A DNA stretch of 64,000 nt from Takakia lepidozioides. Taxonomy: Eukaryota > Plantae > Bryophyta. Made by a program: the position numbers and the translations under genes. Location of the stretch: contig CM060732.1 in assembly GCA_030704615.1 (NCBI GenBank), positions 74,524,001-74,588,000 of the forward strand, given 5' to 3'. The notes beneath the pieces are model-generated. The model was not told the origin of the DNA and did not search any database. It was given only the letters and a program-made list of their open reading frames with translations. This document shows, one piece after another, positions 25,001 through 38,629 of the stretch (the stretch's first letter is position 1; each line of letters begins with the position of its first letter).

Positions 25001-27684
25001 TGATTACTTGGATAATTCGCAGGGCAGTGGTGGAATCGAGGCCCGAAGTGGGCTCATCAAGAAATAGTAAGGAGGGGTCGACCAAAATTTCGTGACCAAT
25101 GCATACACGCTTTCGTTCACCTCCTGAAACACCTCGCATAAAAGGTCCCCCGATGATCGTATCCCGACACCTATGTCACCATTCACACAATCCTCGAATC
25201 GTCATGAATCTACACAAACAGTGGCCTGACACATGACATGCAACGACAGTGTACCTACACTATTTAAAGCTCTCACACACTCTGTCACATATGTTTCTAA
25301 CCACACCATTTTTGTGATGCAATATATCTTGTTGAAAGCAGGCCCATCCACAGTGAAAGTTTAGATGCACCAAGGCTTGCAATTCGTGATACAGTCTTTT
25401 GTGCAGTTGCTGCAAGACTCAATCAAGCCAGATGCGATTTAAATGGAGGATATTGGTAAAGGTGCTGTGCTCAGTCAAGTGCATCACAGAGGGTTCTGAA
25501 TGTCATACATACCTTTCAAGTCCAAGTTCGAGAAGAATATCTTCAGCTCGCTGTATCTTTTGTGCACGAGTGAGTGAGTTGGGTAAGCGGAGTATTGCAG
25601 CATACATAAGTGTCTCTCTGACTGTTAAATTTGGAAACAAAACATCATCCTGTGTGACAAACCCCATTCTGACCCAGTAGGACACGATTAGCCATCAAAG
25701 CCATCTTAGCTATCAATTCTCAGGTGCACTTAACCTATTTGACAACGGAATTTGGACACTCAAGTGCTTCTAATACTGAAAATTCCAGTCCTGAATGCAA
25801 AAAAGACCAAGTTCTCAAGGCGTCTAGAGCCTTCCCTACATGTGCACTACAATATGTAATTTCAGCAACCAAACAGTACTAACAACAATTGGTGACTGCT
25901 GCCAGGACTGAGTTCTGGGGTAAATAGACCAGATTGACAAATTGACCAAGGCCCCACAAGCATCCTTGTGCCAGGCCTTGACAAAAGTGTTCTTTTCGAC
26001 ATCATGCCCTACAAGACAGTCAAGACCAAGTGACTACAAGACCTCAGCTCGTGGAATGCATTCATGCCCTTGACATTTCAGATTCTAGGTATTGGTACGC
26101 TAGACGAATCATAAATATACTTCAATGGGCAATAGAGCTGCAATAAATCATTGCACAGGATGTAAGAGGACACCTTCTTTTGAGAGACTTATGGTAGTTC
26201 AGATCATTGTAGGTGATACTGCCGGACAGACTATGCCGCGCCCTACCACCAAGCAAATTGAGAAGAGTGGTTTTTCCACTTCCTGACGGTCCCATCATTG
26301 CAAGGACTTCTCCAGGCATTACTACCCCTGTTATTCCATGCAGTATTTCTTTCTCCGAGGCAGGCTGTCTGTTGAACTTCAGTGGCCTCTTGGGATTCCA
26401 ATCAGTCTGTGATTGCAATGTCACTTTACATACCACATCGACGAACTGTCGATCCAATCATCCACGTGTTTCAGTTAGCAGCTAGAAATAAAGACCCTCC
26501 ACACTACAATTTCAAATGTGACTCATACATGATGTGGACTTCATACAAGCCTAACAGGAGGCTAGGTGCTGACTGCAACTAATCTTGGAAACCCACGGTC
26601 AGCACCTCGTATAAGTTGTCCAAAGTGGATTGGTCATCATTCTGAATACTTTTGATCGCAAGACGTTTTCAAGAGCTCTAACACCTCTCAAGAAGGCAAT
26701 TTAAGATTTGCATGAGGGAGCAAGCTTCCGCCCAATTGAGCACAGCAGCGTTCATGTAGCACTAAAATTCTAGGAGTCGATGACGTTGAGCCTGACACCT
26801 TCAGAGCTAGAGATCACATATGGAAGTGTACAAGTTGATATTGAGGTCTAATACCGAGGATCAAAACTTGAACTATACTTTCCTGTTGTACCTATTATCA
26901 GCACATGCGCTAACACGCACTCACACAAAAAAACGTACCTTCAGCACAATAGGCAAAGGCGGCTTGCGATTGGAACGCTCAATGGACTTGTTGTTTTCGA
27001 TGTCCACAGGATGTTCATATTTCTGAGCTGCATACCGCGCCCTTGCGTCCTCCACTGAAAAATCACGCGTTTGTGTGAGAGTTCTATCCGGGATTGTCGT
27101 CTTCGTTTCATAGCTAAGACCTGGACCGCTTTACGTTGGAATGCTCGACTCTTGTTGTCTGAGTACAACCTTAGCCACAAAACAATTTGTTATCCTGTCA
27201 CACTTCAACGTCCCTCCACATTTGCACTATCTTTAAAGGGAAGATCCCTCGTTCACCTGGGTAGCCCCTCAATCAAGAGCGTTCTACGACATCACAAAAC
27301 GAGCCGGGCCCCATGGGAAATCCCATCCAATGCGAGAGTTTGAGTGCATGAAAAATGTTAAGGCACACATAGTTCAACAGGCTTACCATCAGACATAATG
27401 CCCGTGTTGGCTGGAACTTGAACAGGCCCAGCTATTGAAAAAGAGAGCCCGCGGTGGCTAGCTGCACTTGAATCCCTGCTCAAGAATGAATCACGGCCAC
27501 CATCTGCCTCCAACTCCTCGCCAGTTTCATATTTTCCGCTGCGCCTTCGGCCTGACACGCTACGATACGAACTGCGTCTGGGTGGTGTAGAACCGCCTCC
27601 TGATCCTCCGCTATGGCGGGGTGGGTCTAATTCACCATTAGACTTTCTTGCGCCTACATCACCATTGGACGTGTCTAAACCCAT
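22096..27684 (-). CDS. ABCG22: ABC transporter G family half-transporter (WBC type), ABCG22/ABCG27-like, 10 coding exons, 777 aa
   Basis: Exons (minus): 27684-27387, 27120-26939, 26445-26174, 25668-25513, 25170-24987, 24493-24194, 23849-23565, 23159-22875, 22624-22517, 22359-22096. All introns are GT..AG and phases are consistent (2334 nt). Walker [11 protein letters not shown]-loop GFVTQDD, signature VSGGERKR, Walker [14 protein letters not shown]-loop TIHQPSSR, and ABC2 membrane domain with [14 protein letters not shown]. Exact orthology needs a tree. Confidence 0.93.
24624..24840 (-). mobile_element. tRNA-derived SINE, family 2, in an ABCG intron
   Basis: Degenerate A box (AACCACCAGTGG) and B box (GGATTCAAATTC) on the minus strand, with a T/A-rich tail. 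ATTGAAC flanks it at 24617-24623 and 24841-24847. A second 3' fragment lies at about 28965-29030 (+). Confidence 0.6.
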
Positions 27685-29176
27685 TCTCCCCCCTTCCGAA
27701 ATTCACCTGCTCCACAAGCAATTGTTTAGATTCTACCATGCACTAACTTACGTCATATGTGGCTGTAGCTTCTAGCAGGTGAAAATATGTTTTAAGAGCC
27801 ACTCCACATGTGATGTGTTAAAAGCAGAATGGCCGTGGGGTGACCTTCGCGGCACAAGCAGTTTGATTTTGTACGTAGTCGCTCGCTGAGTTCCGCAGAT
27901 CTTACAACTCGTCGTTCAGTGCCTACACGAGCCACAAGGAAGGCGCCCAAATTTGTACGCCATCCAGTTCCAATGGCACAAACTTCCCCATCTTGCTGCT
28001 TATACAAATTGGTTGTCCACCCTTGTTGAATCTCGTTACTGAAGTATCTCACAAACCTTCTGATCCCCAAGCTTTCCGAACCCGCCGCGCTGTCGCTACC
28101 GCTGGCAGCTCCCTTGTCACCACAACACTACTGGCTAGCTAGCTAGACATATGCCGGAACAATACCTACAGCTGTGTGCATGTCGCGTAACCGACATGGA
28201 AATGTAAACTCGTCACAGTCTGGCTTTCGATACCATAGCGAGCCACCACAAAAGGGCCACAAAAGCACCATATAGCAGACGACGATGAGAAACATGACCA
28301 CGATCGCATTACCTGCAAAATTCCCGACCGCACCGCCTCCACCACACCACAGACGGGCTCAGCTATCCTGCGATCAAAATCCGACTGCGCGTTACAAATT
28401 TCCTCCACCAACACCACCACCACTCCACACCGCACCACCTGCTCACCCTCCTCACAAATCTATCAACTACTCTCAGCCCCTTGTCTGCTGCAGTCCCAGC
28501 TGAACACCACTACAACTTGACCGTCTCCGCAGGCAACTGATCTATAATAATACAAGCGAGGGCGCGCAGTAGAAAGCAGAGCGTAGCTACACTACCTAGT
28601 GCCCCGCCAAACCCTTCACCCCAAGTCTCTGAGCGACCGAAAGTTCGTGCGCAGGTGATCGGCCCAGGGCGGCGGCCGGGCTCACTGGCGGCGGGCCCGA
28701 CGGCTTCGCATGCCAGAAAGGTAGCAGCCTGCCCGGTTCCCAGATTTTCGAATCCTGCCCGAAAACATTTGGACACATGCGATGAAAAACATTCTGTGGC
28801 CCTGGCTGGGCAAAAGTGGAAGTTCTTTGGTACATATTCCTAAAAAGCGTTGGATGTGTGGAATGGAAAGAGCTGCCCTAATGTGGTCTGACTATTTGCA
28901 CTACGAAAAGAACAACATTATTCAGTTTCCAGCAATTCCTTATCTGAAAGGGGGTTAATTTTTCCCCCTCCTCAAGGGCCTGAATTGTGAGCAGTCGCTC
29001 CCAGGTTTCCTTTTCTCAAAAATAAAAATCGTATCCATTTGAATTGCAGTGTTGGCCTTTGTTTTGGAAAGGGGACAAAGGGGCTTGGATTGATAAAGGC
29101 CTTTGTACATCCTGTGTTGTGGACATGACTGTGATCTACAAAGTATCCCGGTTCGATCAACCAATTGTCGGAATGC

Positions 29177-29369
29177 TCCGGAACTAGCATGGGAAGCTCC
29201 GGAACTAGCATGGGAAGTTCCGGAACTAGAGTGTGCGGCACGTTGTGTTCGTGCCAATCTTTGAAACGGAACTCACACTAAAAGTGCAAATAAGAACTGT
29301 AGACCAAAGGAAGTGTGGCACTCACACTAAAAGTGCAAATAAGAACTGTAGACCAAAGGAAGTGTGGCA
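29177..29369. repeat. Short tandem duplications upstream of ABCG: 21-bp unit x about 2.5 and 49-bp unit x2
   Basis: CCGGAACTAGCATGGGAAG(C/T)T repeats at 29177-29230. ACTCACACTAAAAGTGCAAATAAGAACTGTAGACCAAAGGAAGTGTGGC occurs twice at 29271-29369. Confidence 0.9.
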
Positions 29370-29605
29370 GACACTCAACTCCGCTCTACATTGTAAGTAT
29401 GCTACAATCAACATTTAGACTAGTGGTAAGGGCATACACCGCGTCACTAGTGGTTTTGGGAAGAAGTTTTAAGGGAATAATCCCGCCCTATCTATTCTGG
29501 AGCCATGTCTACAAAATGTTGACTTTACACAAATAGTTGTGCTAACAATGGTTCACAGCTGGATCGGTCCGGAGGGGAAATGCTCACTACATAAACCCCT
29601 CTCAT

Positions 29606-29700
29606 AAAAGTAAAAAGTATGACCCCTCCCCAAGGGAACGTAACTTATGGTGTCACTTCACCACAAGGGCTATTGCCTTCCAGCTGAAAGGTGGACACCT
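29606..29700 (-). mobile_element. 5'-truncated SINE, family 1
   Basis: Matches the 3' half of 42238-42420. 12-bp TSD AACCCCTCTCAT at 29594-29605 and 29701-29712. Confidence 0.85.
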
Positions 29701-32700
29701 AACCCCTCTCATGCGTCACTAACTTGGATATCTTCTTTCGGTCCACTATATGTACATGTGGCACAAGCAATTCTTGAGGCATAAAGGCATAAAAGTACTT
29801 ATATGAACATTCAGCGCTGCGTCAACGATTTGTCACCCTTCAATCTGAGATGTTGGGCGTCTGGTCCGGAAATCAAATGTTCCAGGTGTGGATCAATCCT
29901 ATCAGAAATATAAAAAGTGATCAACTTTCACAGTAAGATTTCAGTGTTTTTTTTTTCTGGGCAAAGATAGCCAGATTATGACATGGGAAATGGGTCAGCT
30001 GCTTGTACAAGGGAATTATGGGGAGGTAAAAACCCAAATGAACTGGCCAAAAAGTGCCAGTAGTTGGATACCAGGAGCCGATTTTGCCTCATGCACCCAT
30101 TAAAGCATGCCACCTGTTATGTAATCACTTTACTAACCCTTCCACATGGCTATTCTCACGACATGGGCGCTGGGTAGAATTCCCATGTGGCCCTCAGGCG
30201 ATTTTGGAAAAATGGGAAGAAAAAAAACACTGGTTGGATTGAGTTAGGCTTAAAGAACATATACCTAGATTGGACCGCACGGTAAGGTTGATGGACAGAA
30301 AACATATATAACTGAATCTAGATGCAAGGGACAGAAACCATATATAACTGAATCTAGATGCAACTTCCGGTATCATCATCTCTCCCTCTCAAGCTAGACG
30401 AAGATATGAAACTCAACTCTAGTATTTCCTTGTATTGTATCCAACAAATGGTCCAATTGTTGGGAATAAGCACTAAACTTTGACAATGCAAGATTTCATA
30501 TAAGGTACCAAAAAGCGCGGTTGAACTTGCCTTTTTGAAAGAATTTAGAGTAGACCATAGGGTAATTTGAAAGAGATCGGAAAATGGGTTTTGGTTTTTA
30601 GTGAACCACCCAAAAAGTCTAGAAAAATACTAATGAACGAACATATACACCCATAACAAGACAAAAACATAAAATATTTTGCAAATATTCATCAAACTAC
30701 ATAGTCCCCACGTCCCCACCACAAGTGATGAATAGGCATATTACAAACTCCAAATTAGGTCAAAGCTCAAAAGACATTTTCATGCACTGAGGTCAAAGGT
30801 GAGCCTATTCTAGAAGGAATGAATCATTAATGGGGTGGCAGAGTAGGGTTCTGTAACTGGAGGAAGGCACAACCGAAAGTTCTTGTCTGGGTTGTGGGCC
30901 CACATGTCGCAGAGTTGTGAATGTCAGAGAGGGAGGAGACTGGCAGGTTGGGGCCACTGCCTTCCAAAGGGATCAACACATGTGTTAATATAAGAGGGAG
31001 ATAGAAGCACTTTTTGCCTCCCTTTGCCCACTCATACATGGGCTCTGCCACAGGGACCACCAAAAGTCCAAACGTCCAAACTTGGGATATGGATAATGGA
31101 AGCATCACTATACCACATAACGTGAAACACAACACCCCAAAATTAGGGGGCTGGGCCACCCCAACCCAACTCTGTCTCTCTCTCTCTCTCTCCCTGTTTG
31201 CTACCCAAGTTAGTCTTAACCACTTACAGTTAGCCACTACACAATAGCCTCAGCTAACTGTCCAAACTAATTGTCATGCCCCCACTGCAGTTGAAACATT
31301 GCAGTCTAACAATGGAGAGTGGCAAGGAAGACAAGACGAGCATCAGTAGGTAAAAGGTCCTCTTCATTCAGACCTGTCTAGTTCAGTTACCCAGCTGCAC
31401 ACCCAATCCTAATAGTTAGCTTAAATGTGCCTAACTACATATTGGGTCTGTAACTGCAGGTAATCCCAAATCTTGGAAGCTAAATTTTTCCCAAGGGAAA
31501 AAGTGGAGATAAAATAAAGACAAATAGATAAATAAAGATGAAGGTAAGAAAATAGAGAGTCCACGATCTGGGAGTGGGATATGACTTTGGGTGTTTTTTA
31601 TGGAAAAGATGCAATGTGCAACTTTTCATCCACAGCATAACTTATGTGGATGAAGTAGGATGAAAGACATCCCTAAATCTAAAATGTAGAAGCTGTCGAG
31701 ATATGCATCGTCAATATAAGGCGGAAAGAGTTGATTGCTGCACCTGATGTGGCAACAAAATTCACAAAATGATAAAATCTAAGTCGGCCAATGGTTAAAA
31801 CTAGCTTTTGTTTCGTTTCCGTGACATTGCACATGTTGACCAGAGGAATTAGAGTTCCATTCGGAATCTGAAAGACCCGTGGGAGGCCATGTGACACTTA
31901 GAGGGAAATTGGTCATTTTATGCCCCTCCCCCATCCTGCACACATCCAAAGCAACTCCCTAGTGTCTTCAAATATGGGTCTCAAAACTTTTTTTTTTTTT
32001 TTTTGTGAACAACACCTTGTAGGTGCCACATACCTGAATGCGGAGGGCATCCTCATATGAAAAATCCAAAACATTGGAGATGCGGAACCTGGAGAAAATT
32101 CTTACCCTCTTTTTAATAATAGGCCAAATCAACGATGGAATCTTAGCAAGAATTTGTGAGAATGTTGACGTAGTAGATAGGGATGTGCTTAGGAAACTCA
32201 CTCTTGGACACAGGTGTAACGCTTTTAGCCACTTATGAAGCTCTGTTTAAGAATAGTAATCACTGAGATTGCTAAAACAAAACTTAGCTAAAGAGAATAT
32301 TTGATCAACTCTGGGTTAGGGTATTTCCACCATCAATTTTTATGCCCACTTATAGACATTTCATGGTTATTCTTTCCATGGCCCCTTTAATATGACATCA
32401 AGTGGGGGAAAACAAAAAATCAATCAAATTCGAAAGGTTTACTTGGTGAAACTCATTACATTCACCAAATCTGTGTCAATAAAGTTTGAGACTATTACTA
32501 CTATTTTGATACCAAGATCTGCTCAGGTGAGTAGAAGTCTTTACACAGTTTTGTTGGGAATTTGATTTCTTTTTTATCTACCTATTCAAAAAGAATGGAA
32601 CGGAGGCCCTTATTCATCAATAAGAGGACATAGGAAAAATAACCCATGTCTAAGGTGCCTTCTTTGTTTTGTCAAAATTCCACATATAGGCTTTGAAATG

Positions 32701-35700
32701 CAGGGCAACCAGGTAAAGGTAATTCAACCCAACTGGGAACTTCTTAATGAATCCCTGAAGCGGCACTCTATCCCAAGTCACTCAGATAAAACTGCAAACA
32801 TGAACTGGGAAGAAGGGAAAGATAGGACAAAACACAAATGGCAAACAAGTGGGTGATGCCACATGACAACAAAGTTGTAAGTGAGACATCTCATTTGACT
32901 CTATTAACAGTGCTTCTGTTTTGTACGGTATTCTAGTGAACGCACTGTTCTGTGGGTCCACAGCCCACAGCTGGTTGGTTCAACGATTGTGCGCATATAA
33001 AAGTGTGAGGAGGAAGGTGAGACACCCAGGAGAAACGTTGATCACATGCAGATGGCCTGATGGGTTCTGCATGTCTGTGCGTGCTTCCCAAAGCATCAGG
33101 CAATCGACGAACCACTCTTGGGTGTGTAGGTTTAGTTTAGATTTTACATAAAAAAAGGTGATCATGTTGTTCTGAAGTTATGCGGAGTAGGTAGCTTAAT
33201 CCGGGCACTGGGTCTAAGGAATTTTGATCGATCGTGCAGCTCATTCATAATGAGCCGCTTTGTACCCTGCAGATATTTTCAGCACAATTACGGTGGGAAG
33301 AGGTGGTTGAGGAGGGGGTTGAGGAGTTGCTGAGTGCTGATCAGCATTCGCGGCAACTGGTGATAGGTCAACGGATGTTACTCGCACGCTGACTACGAGA
33401 TCTTCTCCGCAAATTGGTTGATAGGTCGCTGAAATGGCCAAACACGCTGCCTATTGTTTTGGTTCCGTGAAATCTTACACGTACCCTCCTAGCATTGCTG
33501 ATGTTCGGATTCCCCTTCAGCTTGATACACATGTGCATCATGCAACCCAAATATCTCGCGTTTGACCCAGATCGAAAACTTATCGTGGACGCCAAGCCTC
33601 AGGAGTAACTCACTGTGGTAGGACCTACATTTGCTTGAATTGGCCGAAGTTGGGAAACCAAGTCGGTGCACCCAGTACTCATCGAGGGTTTTCCAACGGT
33701 ACCAAAATCGTTGCCTCTATCCTTTGCTCTTTGTCTTTGTCACACGATCTGATCTTCACTTGATCGCTAAGTATGTACTGTAGCACCCTTGTCATTTGTA
33801 CTTAGTCGGCCCCAAACCAGTGCTCTCGGCCTACGACCCAAAGCTCAACCACTCCTAAACTCATCCGAAAAACGCTGCCCACACAGAACGAGCCCAGAAT
33901 TCAGAGAACAGGAGTGATAACAAGGTGGTATTGGAGTCCAGCGGCCGGATTATTCTCTACTAAATTCTTGACCGCATGCCAAGTGCTAAACAAGGCCGCA
34001 GCAGGCATCATTGAATTGATGACCCAATATTCCTTTCAAAATCCAAACCGTCCATCTTGCTTTGAGCTGAAATGGCGGGTCTGTCAACGCTCATCCAAGC
34101 CCGCCATTTGCCGCACTTTTTCCAACATATGGCTACTCTGATAATACATCAATTGAAAGAACCCAAGTTCTACAAAACTTGATTCTTAACCTTCAGTCAG
34201 ACCAGAAGCCCTAACGGATTTGTTGGCTCTGTCCCTTACGGGCAGAGACATTGCATCATGTTGAAGTCACTGGAGAAAATCTTGTCAACTGACCTTAGGA
34301 TCTAGTAAAAACTATTTAGAACACTGACCACACCTCACTTTGGCTCCAATCGACAGAGCTTTCACTGTTTGTGGCTTGTTTAAATTGCCTGGATTGCCTG
34401 TCTTCCGTCAAAATTGCATAGCAAGTTTCACAGAATATGGTAACTTCTGACCATACAACCCCCACATCTCCCTCTCTCCAGAGACACTCTTCATGCAGTC
34501 ATGTGGCAGAAATCAAGGAAAATATTTTCAGGAATCAGTGCGATTCCACTTTTATCAGCTAGCAACAAATGTTGAAGATGTGAGCCCATCAGTGTGGTTG
34601 AGGAGGGAGCCTTTTAAGACATAACTAAGAGGATGGACTGACTGTCACAACGTGCACTTCACAACCAGCAGCACAACTCTCTGTAGTACCCTAGAAGAGC
34701 CTATGGAAAAAACAAGGAACATTATGATGAAATATGAAAAGGCTATGGCTGTATAATGAAGCCCTCCATGGGAGCTTGCTGAAGAATCTACATCGGTAGT
34801 TCCCAATTCATAAACATGAAAGTAAGCTCTTAAGTAGGAATAGCTGTCGAGTCCATCTCTAAACAAGTCCTACGATTATGCACTTGAATGGTGATTTTGG
34901 CTCCTCTGAACTCATACTAGATAGTGCTAGAGACAGGCGTATCACTTGGTTCTGTACAACCCCTTCCATCATTTGCAGGGTCTTTGAATCCATACCATAC
35001 TGCAACATTCAAGTTCGTGATGAGCAGCCAGTAGGGCACGCAAATTCGTGTTGGTCAGAAGAGCCCTCCAAAGGGCACCATGTCTGCAATGCCTTCAGCC
35101 AGAAACCATTCTCTGCCACTACTGACATTGTCATGCTTGATTGTGTGCGGTAATGAGAGTACCAACCAGTAGTACAATACTGTTGAAGACCACCAGAATA
35201 CAATGGCATGTGCCCAAACTGAGATGTGTCTGTAATTTTGAGACCTTTTGAGACTGGACATGACAAAATGATACAATATACTTAACATACACATCTCATG
35301 AGCATGGTCAGATGCCAACAGATCGAAGCCAACAGGTCTGACCATGAATCTGCACAGCTATAGAGCCCACAACTGAAAGAAGGAAATCCCTATTTGAAAA
35401 CACCCCTAGTTACGAGCTGACCAACCCCAATATCACCTCTACCTGCAGGGATGTTCAGAGAATTGAGGTTTGTACCAGCACTGGGAAAGGCCTCCATTAA
35501 TGATAAAAGTGACGTGGTAGTGTTGACAAAAATAGCGAAATATGTCTGTCTCAAAGTTGAGCTTCTCTAATCCTATCATCCTGGCACAGATACACACATA
35601 TAAGCTAGGGTGCACCACCCAAGTACCAGAAAAACTGATCATCCTTGGAATACTTCTCAATGTTTTCACATTGTTAAGGGCCATTGGTAGCTGGAAGTGG

Positions 35701-36789
35701 AAGTCTGCATAAAATCATGGAATGTTAGGTTACTATTAAGATATGCAACGCCAATAACCTTGACAACTACAATTCCTCCCATTGAAGGATGGTCTCAGCA
35801 TAAAACTTCCAAAACAATTCTGTTATCTCCCACAATGTGAGCATGTTTGCAAGATGAGGTCTTTTCTGTCACATGTGGGGCTATCCAAACACATACAAGC
35901 TCGATAGTAATTTCAGAATACAACCACAACCAGAGCATTGATTTCAAAGCTGAACTACTATCATTTGATACCCCAACTCCATTAATGGACACTAGAGAGA
36001 GTGAGAGGAGAAAGATGTGATGAAAGAAGCTGAGTTATGCTAAGGTTATCACGTATGATGTCCCAAACTGTCGTCCTGATGTGTAAGACAAAGTGACAAA
36101 AGATTACAGTCATCCCAACACAGAACTCGCTGGTAGTAGGGAATATTGTTACTGTTGAATATAGGCAAGCTTGTGATTGTCAAGCTCCGGGCCCAACTAA
36201 CGCTGGAAAATCATCTTCAGGCTCAATGAAATCACTGAAAAGTCACTCCTGGAGTTTGTCTCGGTGCAACTCATTAAGCCTCTACACAAGCATCCACAAG
36301 CTGCTATGCAGAACATATGGAAAGAGCCAATTTACTAATGCAGCTGGTAAGCCTTTGGCGAAGGTGGAGTCCCCACACTGCTCTCGTCAAACCTGGGGAT
36401 GGGGTAGGGACTAGGAGACTAAGGAACAAGAATGAGTACATCTGCTTTAGTTACCAAGTCACTCCAGATGGTTCCAAAGAGCTTGCAAGCCAGATGCCAT
36501 AATCCCTCAGCTGCAGGTCCAACCATAGTCTTAAAGCCCAGTTGAAGGGAGGCAAGTTGAACGGGTTTCCAAGCTTACTATGCTTGGGTTAACCTCCAAT
36601 ACTTCCCACCCCACTTTAACGGTAGTCTACCAACATGGAGCAACAAGGAACATTGCATTGCTGAATTGAGTTCCCATTGTTCTTAATGGTTTCAAATCTC
36701 ACTTTCACAGGATCTTTGCATTTGTTGCGTAAGTTGTAGAGTGCTTTGGGTGAGTGAGTGCTTTGGGTGCCTCCATGATTGGGTCTAGG

Positions 36790-36879
36790 CGCAGTTCGTG
36801 TCCTGGCCGCCATGACTACCCGATGCTTCAAAGATAGCGCCCCCACTGTCATGGGCTGTGGCAGATGGTCGTATGCCAT
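36790..36879 (-). pseudogene. N-terminal fragment of an old-yellow-enzyme / 12-oxophytodienoate reductase-like gene
   Basis: MAYDHLPQPMTVGALSLKHRVVMAARTR resembles the OYE N-terminal consensus LFxPxxVGxxxLxHRVVMAP(L/M)TR. No continuation is visible. Confidence 0.5.
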
Positions 36880-37379
36880 TGGCCAACTTTGCTCTAGAAA
36901 AAGAAAATGAATGTTGAGCCCTGAACTGCTCTCACCAGTGTGCCCTGATCGCACAGTTAATGAAAAGTTTAGTACTCAAGAGCAAAACAGATCATCTCTC
37001 GAGAGATTTCTACGACAATGAGATGGTACACTGACCACCACTGAAAACCCAGGACACTACAAAACTGAATTGGAGTCTTCAAGCATCATCCTCATGCATC
37101 AACATAATTGAGAAAAGCTCCCCCCAAACTAGAGTTAAGACCGCGACAATGGAATAAAATAGTGAAAAAAACAATCTGAAGCTGGTACGCACGCGACCAG
37201 CAATAGAATTTCACTGCAAAAGCCGCTTAAGGGTTTTTTCCCATCAAGCAACGACAGCAAGAAGCTAGTGACCCAGAGATAAAATGTTATCACTTCCGGA
37301 GGACAAAAACAATCTCCAAGTTGGCTGTATTGAGAGGAGTAGATATTCTTACCTCGAAATTTGAATCACAGCCAATCCA

Positions 37380-37635
37380 TCGTGGAGAAGCTGACAGAAA
37401 AAGGATCGGAGTCTCCAGCTGCTGCGAACCGTCACATAGTTCCTGTGATTCCGTACGCGTGTGTCGCATATGCCAAGAAGAAGATGAGATCACAGGCCGT
37501 ATCACCTTTGGCATTGCACCAGCGCTGTACACACCCACATCGCAAGTGTGTACAGCTGGATTAACATCAAAGGTGATACGGCCTGTGAAATTTGTCACCA
37601 GCCATACCAAAGTGGATATACAGCACCCCCACGAC
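37380..37635 (+). pseudogene. RING-CH (RINGv/MARCH-type) E3 ligase pseudogene, probably processed
   Basis: CRICQEEDE, HRKCVQ and WINIKGDTACEICHQPYQSGYTAPP lie across three frames, contiguous and without introns. Confidence 0.8.
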
Positions 37636-38270
37636 AAGGAAACCTGATCGACAAAGAGGATGAGCTAGAGAGAGGAAGAGTACTGGGCACGAGAACAAAG
37701 AAGAAGCGAAGCGCAGGGGCAAAGATGAGAAGATGAGAAGAGTGGTGAGAGAGAAGGGTTCCATGCTGGCGCACAGGGCAATTAAATAGAAGAGAGAGAT
37801 GCATGTTCTAGATTGTGAGGAGCCCGGTAATGGGAATGCAGCAATTGGGCAAGAATTGACCAACTAGCTCATAGATGGATGGAGTGTGTCCTAAACACAG
37901 TGAGAGAGAAGACTAAGACCCAAGATGTATAAAATGTAGTTGAGAGTCCTCATCCCTAACCACATACTCAGCAGCCCACGTACTTTCTCAAAGTTTGCTC
38001 ACACACAAGAATAACTTGAAGCGGAGCGAAGCAGTGGACTCCTCTGCCATTGAAGGAGAACCCCTCATAGATTGCTCCATAGCCCCAATTCACATTGCTC
38101 ATGCACATGGTTCATATAACCATACACCGCACTACACCTCCGTGAGCCTCGACCCCACCGCAACCTAGAACTATCCTCACCAAAGAATGCACAAACAGGC
38201 TATTGCCTTCATAGCCCACATTCCAAAATGGACCCGATCCAAAGTACGTCATCACAAATTGTCGAACTTA

Positions 38271-38629
38271 GGGCCACTTTACACTATAAAGCCCCAGCCC
38301 AAGAAATCATGGGCCCAATTTCTATCACTGTTGGGCTGGTCTTGGGCCAACTTCAGCGGTCATGATCAAATAAAAATATTATGTTTTAATGCCAAACTTC
38401 TTGGGCCGAGAGTGGAGAGTTGGGTCTCCACTCCAAGAGGGTTCCTTTTTCTTGGGCTGGCCCAAGAAGTTGGCGTCAAAACTTGTGCCATATAGGCAAA
38501 TCACCCATTTCCATGTTCTTGGGCTCGGGCCGTAGTGTAAAGCCATTGGGCCCAATTTTCAGGCCTCCGCCAATGGGAACGCTCCATTCTCACTTGGTCT
38601 TGGGCTTGGGCCCTAGTGTAAAGTGGCCC
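38271..38629. mobile_element. PIF/Harbinger (Tourist-like) MITE, 359 bp
   Basis: Perfect 16-bp TIR GGGCCACTTTACACTA / TAGTGTAAAGTGGCCC. TTA TSD at 38268-38270 and 38630-38632. Internal GGGCCC/GCCCAA repeats. Confidence 0.92.
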
